Virus record (IMG/VR): IMGVR_UViG_3300033418_000003
Location: 1-51,208 of that record
Length of the DNA stretch: 51,208 bases
Origin: a virus
Taxonomy: Duplodnaviria > Caudoviricetes
Strand: one strand, 5' to 3'
Shown here in pieces: positions 27,509 through 35,603 of the stretch (position 1 is its first letter; every line of letters begins with the position of its first letter). Under the pieces are notes generated by a model. That model was not told the DNA's origin. It did no database searches and saw nothing but the letters and a program-made list of their open reading frames with translations. Both the position numbers and the translations under genes were made by a program.

Positions 27509-27588
27509 TCGCTGCGATCCCCGGCGAAAATCGCCACGGCAAACAGCGCCGCCGAGAAAACTAATAGAATGATGGCGAGCGGCGTCAT
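27505..27588 (-). CDS. 27-aa transmembrane peptide (not in ORF track)
   Basis: MTPLAIILLVFSAALFAVAIFAGDRSE; ATGA coupling at both ends, GAGG RBS. Confidence 0.55.
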   Translation of the reverse strand: MTPLAIILLVFSAALFAVAIFAGDRSE

Positions 27589-27764
27589 TCAATCCTCACC
27601 CGTGGCAGCATCCCGGCTGCGTTCTGGACAATCGCCGCGAAATTGAGGAAGGCCGCCAACGCTCCGCGCAACTGCTCATTTTCGGCGTTCGACTTAGCGA
27701 GGGCGGCGGTCAGGCGTTGGTTTTCCATTTCAACGGTTTCGTAGTTTGTTACCTGTTCGGTCAT
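27585..27764 (-). CDS. 59-aa coiled-coil protein (not in ORF track)
   Basis: MTEQVTNYETVEMENQRLTAAL...; ATGA coupling at both ends. Confidence 0.6.
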   Translation of the reverse strand: MTEQVTNYETVEMENQRLTAALAKSNAENEQLRGALAAFLNFAAIVQNAAGMLPRVRIE

Positions 27765-27997
27765 TTCCTGCTCCTGTTCTCCATATCGTAATACTCAACA
27801 TCACCGGCGGCGACATAACGCGCCGCGTCCTGCTCAGTCATAAACGTAATGTCGCCCGCTGCGACATAGCGCCGGGCGTTCGTGCCGTAAATCGGCGGGT
27901 AGGTGTAGCGTGATTTCAGTACCCGCACTGTTACCATCGGGCCGCGATCTGCGCCGTCTTCTACCGTGTTGGGTTCGGTGGTAGTAATATCAGGCAT
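27761..27997 (-). CDS. Hypothetical protein with RYVAAGD duplication
   Basis: Start ATG 27997 two nt after upstream stop. Confidence 0.55.
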   Translation of the reverse strand: MPDITTTEPNTVEDGADRGPMVTVRVLKSRYTYPPIYGTNARRYVAAGDITFMTEQDAARYVAAGDVEYYDMENRSRK

Positions 27998-27998
27998 T

Positions 27999-28250
27999 TC
28001 AGCCCACCATACGCGCTGCGTTGCTTGATACAATGAGGGCGCGTCGGCTAGAATTTAGCGCGCGTCGGAATAGCTCATTGCGCGCGCGGCGATACGAATC
28101 GCGGGCGTGGTGGCTGATTGCTCGCCAAAAGCGATTTACAAAACAGTTTTCGCGCCTTATAAATGACAACAACGCTAAAAAGTCTTCGATGTAATCAATA
28201 ACGCAGTCGCCTTCGTACTCTTCCAAATCGCTGCTATTTGTATCAAACAT
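27999..28250 (-). CDS. Hypothetical protein
   Basis: TAATG coupling, GGAGG RBS. Confidence 0.55.
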   Translation of the reverse strand: MFDTNSSDLEEYEGDCVIDYIEDFLALLSFIRRENCFVNRFWRAISHHARDSYRRARNELFRRALNSSRRALIVSSNAARMVG

Positions 28251-29296
28251 TACAACGCCTCCATCCAATTGGCCGCACACTTCAAATCATCGAACCCGAC
28301 CAATGAGCGCGTGCGGCTGTCAACAATGACGGCTACCGAGGTTGACGCATTGGCCGCCGGTAGGCCCGTCGTGCGAACGTAGTCGTCAAGCCGCTTGTAG
28401 CTGCCCGCCTGCAAGATCACGCCGGTCGCCGGCGCTTGCGTTGCCGGGTCAATGACGCGAAACTGACGGACCAAACCCGAGATGTGAGTGTGTGCCGCCA
28501 TCCCGATATGAAACGGCGAGTCAAACCGCGCCGCTTTCTCGGCGCCGTGCGTGGCGTTTAGCTCTGAATTTCCGCGCCATTTGTGGCGCGCCTTCAATAG
28601 AATACCGTCCCACTCGCCGACGGTCAGCGTTGCGCGTACTTCATCGGAGTCATAGAGCGCCCGCGCTGTAATGCCGCTGACCACGTTGGCGAAATAGTCA
28701 ACGCCGGCGGCGAGTTTTGTCCACTTGTCGTGGTTCCCGCTGACGATGATCACCAGCTTCTCGGCGACAATCTCCAGCATCATTCGCATCACCGCCCACT
28801 CTGCCGGTATCGGCGCGGTTGTACCGTAGCGAACGCTGGCCATCTTTTGCAGGATGAAATTGTCTACCAAATCTCCCAACGCGGCCAGGTACATCCCAGG
28901 CGTTCGCGCAATCAATTCGAGGTCGGCGCGTAGGGCGGGATAGTCAACGCCAGCGCCGCCGAGATGCCAATCGGCAGAGTTCACCAGGCAGATAACGTCT
29001 TGCGAAAACTTCAATGTTTGGCGGCGCTTCTTTTCGTCAAAGCGCTTTTGTATTTCCCAGTCCTCTACCATTCGGCGATAGGACGCCTCCGGCTCTATCT
29101 GCGCATCAAGCGCCGTTGCGCCTTCGATGGTCGGCGGCGCTGCTTGCGGAAATTCGTCGCGGTGGTTATCGCGGTAGCGCGTCGCCTCACGGCGAAACTT
29201 TGCGCGCGGGATGTCTGGGTAGCGTTTTTCCAACTCGCCCCACGTCAGCCCGTCAGTCCATTTTAAATGTGCAATTTGCTTGCCTAGCTCACTCAC
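28250..29296 (-). CDS. Calcineurin-like metallophosphoesterase with N-terminal HTH-like segment
   Basis: DWH, GDLVD, GNHD, RH, AHTH metal-binding motifs in canonical order. Confidence 0.88.
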   Translation of the reverse strand: MSELGKQIAHLKWTDGLTWGELEKRYPDIPRAKFRREATRYRDNHRDEFPQAAPPTIEGATALDAQIEPEASYRRMVEDWEIQKRFDEKKRRQTLKFSQDVICLVNSADWHLGGAGVDYPALRADLELIARTPGMYLAALGDLVDNFILQKMASVRYGTTAPIPAEWAVMRMMLEIVAEKLVIIVSGNHDKWTKLAAGVDYFANVVSGITARALYDSDEVRATLTVGEWDGILLKARHKWRGNSELNATHGAEKAARFDSPFHIGMAAHTHISGLVRQFRVIDPATQAPATGVILQAGSYKRLDDYVRTTGLPAANASTSVAVIVDSRTRSLVGFDDLKCAANWMEAL

Positions 29297-29340
29297 TACG
29301 GCCTCCTATTGTGAAGCCCGCCGACAGTAACACCTAACAA

Positions 29341-29362
29341 CAGTATACACCTAATTTTAACC
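29341..29362 (-). promoter_or_regulatory. Putative late promoter copy 3
   Basis: GGTTAAAATTAGGTGTATACTG shares TAAAAWnnGGTGTATAMT with the other two copies. Confidence 0.6.
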
Positions 29363-29363
29363 A

Positions 29364-29434
29364 AGCCCGCACAGGGAGTCGAACCCCGGTCTCACGCTTA
29401 CAAGGCGTGGGCTTTGCCACTAAGCTACGCGGGC
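29364..29434 (-). tRNA. tRNA-Thr(UGU)
   Basis: GCCCGCG/TGCGGGC acceptor, GCTT/AAGC D stem, CACGC-CTTGTAA-GCGTG anticodon arm, CGGGG-TTCGACT-CCCTG T arm; CCA not encoded. Confidence 0.93.
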
Positions 29435-29439
29435 GCGTT

Positions 29440-30081
29440 TTACTTTTCCAACATCGCTCTAACCGCATCCACTCCAAGCATCTTCTCCAATACAGGCACC
29501 GGATCCAGCCAACCGCCGCCGGTAAGCCATACGCCCCACGGGTAAGGCAAGGCGCTCATATCGAAATGGAGATGGTCGCCGCCGTCGCCGCCTTGCCAGT
29601 TGGCGATCTTGCCAACGAGCGCGCCGGGAGCTACTACGTCGCCCGCTTTCAGCGGCATACTGTCGAGGTGCGCATAGCGCGTATACAGCGGCGCGCCCTC
29701 GAATTCGTGGCGAATTACGGTAAATCCCAACCAGCCCGCCGTGGTATGCACTGCCTCTACCACGCCCGCACCGATGGAGTACACCGGGAACCCGCGTTCA
29801 ACGTCGCCAAATGGCGCTTTGGCTAGGTTCAGGTCAATGCCGGTGTGTTTGTAGACGCCGTTTTTTACGCCGGTTGGATCGTGCCAAACTGCGCAGTACC
29901 ATTGCGCCGGGTCGTCAATCGGCGCACGCCATTGCGGTGCGGCGGGCTGTTGCGGATTCGGTGCTGGAGGTTCGGTATAGCCGACGGGATAACCGCAGGC
30001 GACCAGGCCATATTCCGCCCAACCTTCGGGCGTGGTGACGGTCATTGTCTGCGTGAAGATTTCGGTAAGTTCGCGGGTCAT
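29440..30081 (-). CDS. M23 family peptidase (endolysin)
   Basis: HTGIDL (HxxxD), YAHL, HLHF (HxH). Confidence 0.92.
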   Translation of the reverse strand: MTRELTEIFTQTMTVTTPEGWAEYGLVACGYPVGYTEPPAPNPQQPAAPQWRAPIDDPAQWYCAVWHDPTGVKNGVYKHTGIDLNLAKAPFGDVERGFPVYSIGAGVVEAVHTTAGWLGFTVIRHEFEGAPLYTRYAHLDSMPLKAGDVVAPGALVGKIANWQGGDGGDHLHFDMSALPYPWGVWLTGGGWLDPVPVLEKMLGVDAVRAMLEK

Positions 30082-30296
30082 AGCGGCATACCCTCAACTG
30101 TAACTGTAGTACCATCAGATTCTAAACTACAGGTAATGTGGTATGGAACTTTTCTGAGTTCTTCCAGGCCATCTGTCAGAAAGTCGTCCCATTTCGTAGG
30201 CTCATACTTGCGCTTCATTTCGTCAATTTGGCTTCGGTAATTGCGAATTATGCGCCGTTGTCGCTTGATAATTTTTCTCATCTTGCGCTTTTTCAT
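30078..30296 (-). CDS. Basic hypothetical protein
   Basis: 72 aa, overlapping both neighbours by 4 nt. Confidence 0.6.
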   Translation of the reverse strand: MKKRKMRKIIKRQRRIIRNYRSQIDEMKRKYEPTKWDDFLTDGLEELRKVPYHITCSLESDGTTVTVEGMPL

Positions 30297-30484
30297 AGCG
30301 TCCCCACCTCAAACGTCAGCGCCGGGCGCTTGCGTTCCGGAAGGTTGTTGGTGTCTACCGCATAAACCTTGCGGTCAGCGAATTCCTGTTGTTTTCCCTG
30401 GTTCCAGTTTTGAATCGGGCGCAGGTAGCCGACTATGCGGCTGTAAACTTCGCAGGGTACTTTGATTTCGTCTTGTTCGCTCAT
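30293..30484 (-). CDS. Stand-alone glycyl-radical domain of class III ribonucleotide reductase (NrdD C-terminus-like)
   Basis: CEVYSRIVGYLRPIQNWNQGKQQEFADR matches the NrdD C-terminal glycyl radical signature; only 63 aa. Confidence 0.85.
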   Translation of the reverse strand: MSEQDEIKVPCEVYSRIVGYLRPIQNWNQGKQQEFADRKVYAVDTNNLPERKRPALTFEVGTL

Positions 30485-30485
30485 A

Positions 30486-30794
30486 TCATTCCCTCACCTT
30501 ATCCAACGCAGTCCCGACTACTTTGCCAATGCCATACGCGACGTAAGCGCCAAAGTAGCCCATAAATAACCACACCCGCACACGGTTGCGCGTTGCCGGG
30601 TCCGCGCCGTCCAACTCAGCCGCGCGCAACACAAATGACTCAACGAACGGGTAAGCCGTAACCACGCCGGTTGTCAGCTTGGCGATGTACGCCCACGTCG
30701 GCTTCTTGATTGCGGCTTCGATGGGATACGCGCTAAAATGCCAGGCTGCACCCCACGCAATGCAGAACACAAACAAGTCAGCGAATACGCTCAC
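30486..30794 (-). CDS. Membrane protein (holin/antiholin candidate)
   Basis: About three hydrophobic segments; lysis region. Confidence 0.55.
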   Translation of the reverse strand: MSVFADLFVFCIAWGAAWHFSAYPIEAAIKKPTWAYIAKLTTGVVTAYPFVESFVLRAAELDGADPATRNRVRVWLFMGYFGAYVAYGIGKVVGTALDKVRE

Positions 30795-31351
30795 AGCTTC
30801 CCCGTATCCTTTCGCGCCCGGTCAACTTCGGCGATGGCCAGCGACAGGCGGCGCTGGTAGTCTTCGATTACTTGGTTTTTCTCGGCAAGTTCTTTGTTTT
30901 TCGCGTCAATGTCACAATTTTTGCGCTCGATTTCTGAGTTCTTGCGTGCTAACTCCGCTTCAAGTTCGGTGACGCGGCGCTGCAACGACTCCATTTTGTT
31001 ATTGCTGACGCGGGCTGCCTCAATCAAGGCATCGCGCTCAGCCTCTACTTTTTCGATGCGCGAGTTTAGGTCTTGCCAGTCCGATTTCGATTGCTCGAAA
31101 AGAGTTTTGTAGCGCACCTCCAGCCGCTCGATAACGCGGCCCTGCTGCTCGATAGCCCGTTCGAGTTCCGCTATCGCCGCCGCCTTGTCTTTCGACTCAG
31201 TTTCAGACTCAACCGCGCGCGCCTCGGCGTGCAGTTTATGGGCGTTCGCCCTGGTTGCTATGATGCCGGTGATTAAACTACTCAGCGCCGCGATAATCGC
31301 AGCGGCTCCAACAGTAAGAATTTGTGTAATATCCATTTTGAATTTAACCAT
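30791..31351 (-). CDS. Membrane-anchored coiled-coil lysis-region protein
   Basis: N-terminal TM then long heptad region. Confidence 0.7.
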   Translation of the reverse strand: MVKFKMDITQILTVGAAAIIAALSSLITGIIATRANAHKLHAEARAVESETESKDKAAAIAELERAIEQQGRVIERLEVRYKTLFEQSKSDWQDLNSRIEKVEAERDALIEAARVSNNKMESLQRRVTELEAELARKNSEIERKNCDIDAKNKELAEKNQVIEDYQRRLSLAIAEVDRARKDTGKL

Positions 31352-31452
31352 AAACCGCTATCGGGGCGGCGCTCGAATTGCGCCGCCCCACCGCCAAAGA
31401 GGAGGTTACGTTGTGCGCCCTACTGTCAGGGCAAACACCCAACATCATAAGC

Positions 31453-31749
31453 CTACACCCGACTATTCTGCGCAGTGTAGGCGATCTGCGCCGAGCCGAC
31501 GAGCGCCACCCAAGCTCCGATGGCCTGCCAGACTACCCGCCAACCGAACGCGCCGAGTCCCAGGTTCAAAGCGCCGGCGTAGTGCAGGGCAACCAACGCG
31601 ACGGCAACGACAAGCCCGGCACCGGCGATAATTTCGCGCTTGTGAACGAACACGGCCCACCACGTTTTGAACGCGGCGACGTTGCCGAGAAGCAACGACA
31701 GAACGAGCGCAACGATTGCGGCAATTCCACTACCGGATAATTCGACCAT
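31453..31749 (-). CDS. Holin-like protein
   Basis: 98 aa, three TM segments, first gene after late promoter, GGAGG RBS. Confidence 0.65.
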   Translation of the reverse strand: MVELSGSGIAAIVALVLSLLLGNVAAFKTWWAVFVHKREIIAGAGLVVAVALVALHYAGALNLGLGAFGWRVVWQAIGAWVALVGSAQIAYTAQNSRV

Positions 31750-31851
31750 ACTGACCTCCGTTATAACATCGCTCGCCTTCCCACCCCGCTACCGGCGACC
31801 AACGCGGCCCCCTACGAATAGCCGTTCACCTTCCTGCGATGTTTTTGATTT

Positions 31852-31875
31852 CATTATACACCCGATTTTATTCCG
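31852..31875 (-). promoter_or_regulatory. Putative late promoter copy 2 (start of late operon)
   Basis: CGGAATAAAATCGGGTGTATAATG between rusA and the lysis genes. Confidence 0.75.
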
Positions 31876-32250
31876 TCAGTCGGTGAACGCCTCAACTAAC
31901 ACGCCCGGCGTTATGTCAACGACAAACCGATGGCAAATCTCGCCAACCTGCTGCCACCCGTCGTTGTCCAGGATGCCAGCTTTTTGCAAGCCATCAAAAA
32001 CGAATTTGCACGCGCTGGCAATGTTGTCAGGATCGCGGCGGCGGTCAGTGCAGTACCAGATAAAGCGCCAACGGTAACGGCGCTGAAACAGCGGGCGCAA
32101 GCGGTGCGCTTTGACATACATTGCCACGGCGTCGGTAGAGCGGCGCTTTTGTGATGCACCGGCGTAACGGTTAGAGCGGTTGGCGGCGGTGACTTCGTTC
32201 AGGCCGGGAAACTCGCCAGGGATGAGGATTGAAAATACTGAGTCAGTCAT
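31876..32250 (-). CDS. rusA: RusA-family Holliday junction resolvase
   Basis: RRDPDNI...KFVFDGLQKAGILDND catalytic motif. Confidence 0.9.
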   Translation of the reverse strand: MTDSVFSILIPGEFPGLNEVTAANRSNRYAGASQKRRSTDAVAMYVKAHRLRPLFQRRYRWRFIWYCTDRRRDPDNIASACKFVFDGLQKAGILDNDGWQQVGEICHRFVVDITPGVLVEAFTD

Positions 32251-32534
32251 TTCAGCGTCTCCCCAAACTCTGACCCGGCGAAAAACGCAACGAGCGCCGC
32301 CCGCATTTTTTCGGCGCGCCCGTCGTTTATTAACTTGTTGAACTCACGGTGATTACGAAAATCGAGCAGGCTCAATCCGTAGGCAAGCGCCGCCACCTTG
32401 TCGCGCTCTGACTCCAGCGCAGTTGCGATGCCGCGCTGTATCGCCATTTGTAAGTCGGCCATCCATTCTGGATGCTCTGCGATTTTCGCGGATACTGAGT
32501 TTAGGAATATTGCCTTTTCGATGGTTTCACTCAT
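32247..32534 (-). CDS. Hypothetical protein
   Basis: 95 aa, GGAGG RBS, coupled. Confidence 0.65.
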   Translation of the reverse strand: MSETIEKAIFLNSVSAKIAEHPEWMADLQMAIQRGIATALESERDKVAALAYGLSLLDFRNHREFNKLINDGRAEKMRAALVAFFAGSEFGETLK

Positions 32535-32767
32535 ACATCCGTAACCTCCTCTCCAAACCTGCGGACTATGGAGACAATATCATCATCGCTCAGTCCAGAA
32601 AGCACGAGCCACCCGGCGCAATATTGCTCGCTGTAATTGCGCCAAATCAGCTGCGCATCAAATTGCGTGACGTAAAACCCACGCTTTTCACAAGCTGAAA
32701 CGATGCGCCTTACATCTGCAATGTATTCTATTTTCCTATCTACAAACGGCACTATGCGTTTATTCAT
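32531..32767 (-). CDS. Hypothetical protein
   Basis: 78 aa, coupled. Confidence 0.65.
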   Translation of the reverse strand: MNKRIVPFVDRKIEYIADVRRIVSACEKRGFYVTQFDAQLIWRNYSEQYCAGWLVLSGLSDDDIVSIVRRFGEEVTDV

Positions 32768-33140
32768 ACCCTATAACCTCCCGATGCTCAACTCGCTCAA
32801 CCAACGCCCCAACCCCGACCACGCCCCAGCGCCGCGCGGTCTCTCCGTCAACCTCAGCTATGATGCCATTGCGCCGCATCCAATCGCGCGTCGCAGCGTC
32901 GCCGGCGCAATCAACAACAAGAAACGACTCAACCGCGCCATCATACCGAAAATACCACGTCTCGCCCAAGTCTCCGCAATCGAGCGCCGCAACGAACCCG
33001 TCAACCTCCGGCAGCGGATTCGGCGGAGTGTATGCCGTCGGGTGTGTTTGGCGGTAGGCGATGACGGATTCCATAACGCCCGGCGCGTATTGCGACACGG
33101 TTCCTGTTGCCAGGATAACGATTACCAAAACCACGTTCAT
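32760..33140 (-). CDS. RlpA-like double-psi beta-barrel protein with N-terminal hydrophobic segment
   Basis: GTVSQY, VAALDC.DLG, LVVDC, IAEVD..TARR pattern; start ATG 33140. Confidence 0.55.
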   Translation of the reverse strand: MNVVLVIVILATGTVSQYAPGVMESVIAYRQTHPTAYTPPNPLPEVDGFVAALDCGDLGETWYFRYDGAVESFLVVDCAGDAATRDWMRRNGIIAEVDGETARRWGVVGVGALVERVEHREVIGYE

Positions 33141-33733
33141 TCCAACACCCACCCGCCGCGAATTCCGGCGCCCGTCTTGCGGTGGCGGCTATAGCGCAGC
33201 ACCCGCCGCGCCTCATCGCGTGGCACCACGTAGCGCCGCGCCGTCTTTGCGAACACGTCACGCACGGCGACGATCTGCCCGGTGTTGGTGCGCTCCCATA
33301 GGTAATTGAAACCGTAGCCCGTTGCCTCGGACAATTCGGCGAGTCCCACGCCGTCAATTTCGTGCGGGTTGTCGGTCCATGTCGTTACCGATTCGGCGTC
33401 GTCTACCACGCCCGCCTTTTGCAGCACCGGCGCAACGTCGCGCAGGAATTCGGCGGCGCGCCGTTGGTTAAGCGCCGTGCCGCGCTGCTTGAAAATGACC
33501 TCGGCGGCGTCAATGCAGATCGCGCATAACAGGTCTTTGAACGGCGCGGCTTCCTCAGCGCCGGTAAACTGCCCCGGCAACATTTCGGCGGTCGGCATTG
33601 ACCACTGGATAGCGCCGTCATAGTCGCGGGTAGCAATCGCGCCGCAACGATGGCAGGTGTAGCGCCCGGCGGCCAGGCGGCGCGCGTTGGCGGGCGAGTT
33701 GCAGAATTGGCAGCGTTGGGTATAGGTGGTCAT
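33137..33733 (-). CDS. Zinc-finger plus HTH protein (candidate regulator)
   Basis: CQFC...CHRC; C-terminal LAELSEATGYGFNYLWER excisionase-type HTH. Confidence 0.6.
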   Translation of the reverse strand: MTTYTQRCQFCNSPANARRLAAGRYTCHRCGAIATRDYDGAIQWSMPTAEMLPGQFTGAEEAAPFKDLLCAICIDAAEVIFKQRGTALNQRRAAEFLRDVAPVLQKAGVVDDAESVTTWTDNPHEIDGVGLAELSEATGYGFNYLWERTNTGQIVAVRDVFAKTARRYVVPRDEARRVLRYSRHRKTGAGIRGGWVLE

Positions 33734-34749
33734 TGCAACACCTCCGCAATCCGTTGCGCTACCAGCGGCGGCACAGCGTTGCCGATGATACGACAGGCGA
33801 GCGCGTTGTTTTCTGGTAGCGCGTAGCTATCAGGAAATGACTGAAACCGCGCCAGACATTCAACAGTCATTGCCACCACGCGGCCAGGAACAGCGGCGCG
33901 AAGGATGCGCTTTGTTTGCGTAGCACTCACGGTGAACACTGGTTCCGCTTCGTTGCGCAGAGTCAACCCGCGCTTGCCGTTGTCGCGTTCGGCGCCGTTG
34001 TTTTGATCGTCAATGATGAAGGCGCGGGCGATTCCTTGACGTTGCGCCCGTAGTGTTTGCGCCGGTTCTTCTGCGTAACGCGGCAGCCCTCCGCTTGCAC
34101 CGTCAGTGTGTCCAGTTGCCGGAAACAGCAGCGAACTACGCCACATCGCCGGCAGTCGCTCCAACTGCCACGGCGCAAACTGCGAATCAGGCAACGCTGG
34201 CACGAGGTCGGCAATCGCTTCATACCAGCCAACCCAGGGGACAGGCTGCGGCAGGTAAGGCACAAAGCCATCACGGACGGCAATGAGCCACAGCCGCCGG
34301 CGTGTTTGCGGTACACCAAAATCGGCGGCGTTCAGGATTTGCCAGCGGAACATATATCCCAACCGCGCCAACGTTGCGACGATCCCGGCGAATGACTCAG
34401 AGTATTGATAGGCGCTCACGTTTTCCAGCGTGAAAAAGCGCGGGTTTATCTCAGCTATAAAATCCGAAACCATTCCGGATAGCGCGATGTCAAGCGCCAT
34501 TTCCTTCGCGCCCTGCTTTGCAACTGAGAAGTTTGGGCAGGGCGGCGAGGCGTGCAGGTAGTCAACCCACGCGAAATCCGCCGGGTCTGTTTCAAGTATA
34601 TCGGCGGTTGTGACGTTCACGCCATTGACGCGCGCAACGTCCGCAATGCGCTCGTCATTCTCAATCCCCCAAAGCACATCATACCCGGCGGCGCGCATTC
34701 CGATGTCAACCCCGCCACCCCCGGTGAATAACGTCGCTGCTGTTGTCAC
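33730..34749 (-). CDS. DNA (cytosine-5) methyltransferase
   Basis: LFTGGGG (I), SPPC (IV), ENV (VI), QTRRR (VIII), RFQSFP (IX), IGNAV (X). Confidence 0.95.
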   Translation of the reverse strand: MTTAATLFTGGGGVDIGMRAAGYDVLWGIENDERIADVARVNGVNVTTADILETDPADFAWVDYLHASPPCPNFSVAKQGAKEMALDIALSGMVSDFIAEINPRFFTLENVSAYQYSESFAGIVATLARLGYMFRWQILNAADFGVPQTRRRLWLIAVRDGFVPYLPQPVPWVGWYEAIADLVPALPDSQFAPWQLERLPAMWRSSLLFPATGHTDGASGGLPRYAEEPAQTLRAQRQGIARAFIIDDQNNGAERDNGKRGLTLRNEAEPVFTVSATQTKRILRAAVPGRVVAMTVECLARFQSFPDSYALPENNALACRIIGNAVPPLVAQRIAEVLQ

Positions 34750-34943
34750 GGCCTCACCTCCTCTACCACGCGATACTCTACCTCAAACCACCGGCGCGCC
34801 ACCGGGTTGCACCCTGCCAGGTAGCCGTGAAATCTGACGCGGCTGTTGCGCTTGTACACCGGCGCGCCGTCGGATAGGTATTTGTTTCCGTCGGAGTCGG
34901 TGATGATGGCGACGATGCTCTTATCTGTCAGTTCTGTGGGCAT
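34746..34943 (-). CDS. Hypothetical protein
   Basis: 65 aa, GAGGAG RBS. Confidence 0.55.
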   Translation of the reverse strand: MPTELTDKSIVAIITDSDGNKYLSDGAPVYKRNSRVRFHGYLAGCNPVARRWFEVEYRVVEEVRP

Positions 34944-35140
34944 TTTTCGTACTCCTCAAGCGTCATTACACTGTCAGGAATAAGCCTGCGTAAAGTGCGA
35001 GAATGGCATCCGCATAAATGCTTTACTATTTTTCGCCCAATCCAGATATGGACGTAAACATATTTCGCGGGCCTGCCGCATTCGTGAAAATTATACCCGG
35101 TGAAATCAGGTACCAGCTCTTTACATTTTTGTTTTTCCAT
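34928..35140 (-). CDS. Small Cys/His-rich protein
   Basis: GGAGG RBS before ATG 35140, just after a promoter. Confidence 0.6.
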   Translation of the reverse strand: MEKQKCKELVPDFTGYNFHECGRPAKYVYVHIWIGRKIVKHLCGCHSRTLRRLIPDSVMTLEEYEKCPQN

Positions 35141-35157
35141 AGTAACCTCCACTTCCC

Positions 35158-35222
35158 ATTATACCCGCCCTGCCTCCGGCGCGCCCGTGACGTTTGTCGC
35201 CGGTTGACGTGACGAGTGTCAC
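35158..35222 (-). promoter_or_regulatory. Promoter with two GTGA-N6-TCAC-like sites
   Basis: TATAAT at 35163-35158; GTGACGTTTGTCGC (35187-35200) and GTGACGAGTGTCAC (35209-35222), 22 bp apart. Confidence 0.65.
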
Positions 35223-35237
35223 GTTGTTGCGAATTGT

Positions 35238-35603
35238 TTAACAGGCGTTAGCGAGCGCTATCTTTATGCGCGCCATTTCCTTCTCAGACGCGATCTGCAA
35301 GCCGACCATATAATCAAAAGCCGAGACGCCAGACTCATCAACAATATCAGCGTCAAGCAACCCAACATCGTGGAAACCGATAGGATAATGCTGTTTGCGC
35401 CGTGCCATTGTGAGAGAGTCCGCAAACCAGTCCAGTAAATGCAATCGCTCGTCACCAGATGCCTTACCAGCTTGACGTAGAATGTCAATGCAATTTCTAA
35501 AATCCGCCTCATATTCTGTAATGTCGGCAATGTGGCGGCGATGCGTTGGTCGCGGTAGCGCTCTAACCACTTTCACCATTTCGTCAAGATTTTGATTTTG
35601 CAT
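35238..35603 (-). CDS. Hypothetical protein
   Basis: 121 aa, GAGGTG RBS. Confidence 0.65.
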   Translation of the reverse strand: MQNQNLDEMVKVVRALPRPTHRRHIADITEYEADFRNCIDILRQAGKASGDERLHLLDWFADSLTMARRKQHYPIGFHDVGLLDADIVDESGVSAFDYMVGLQIASEKEMARIKIALANAC

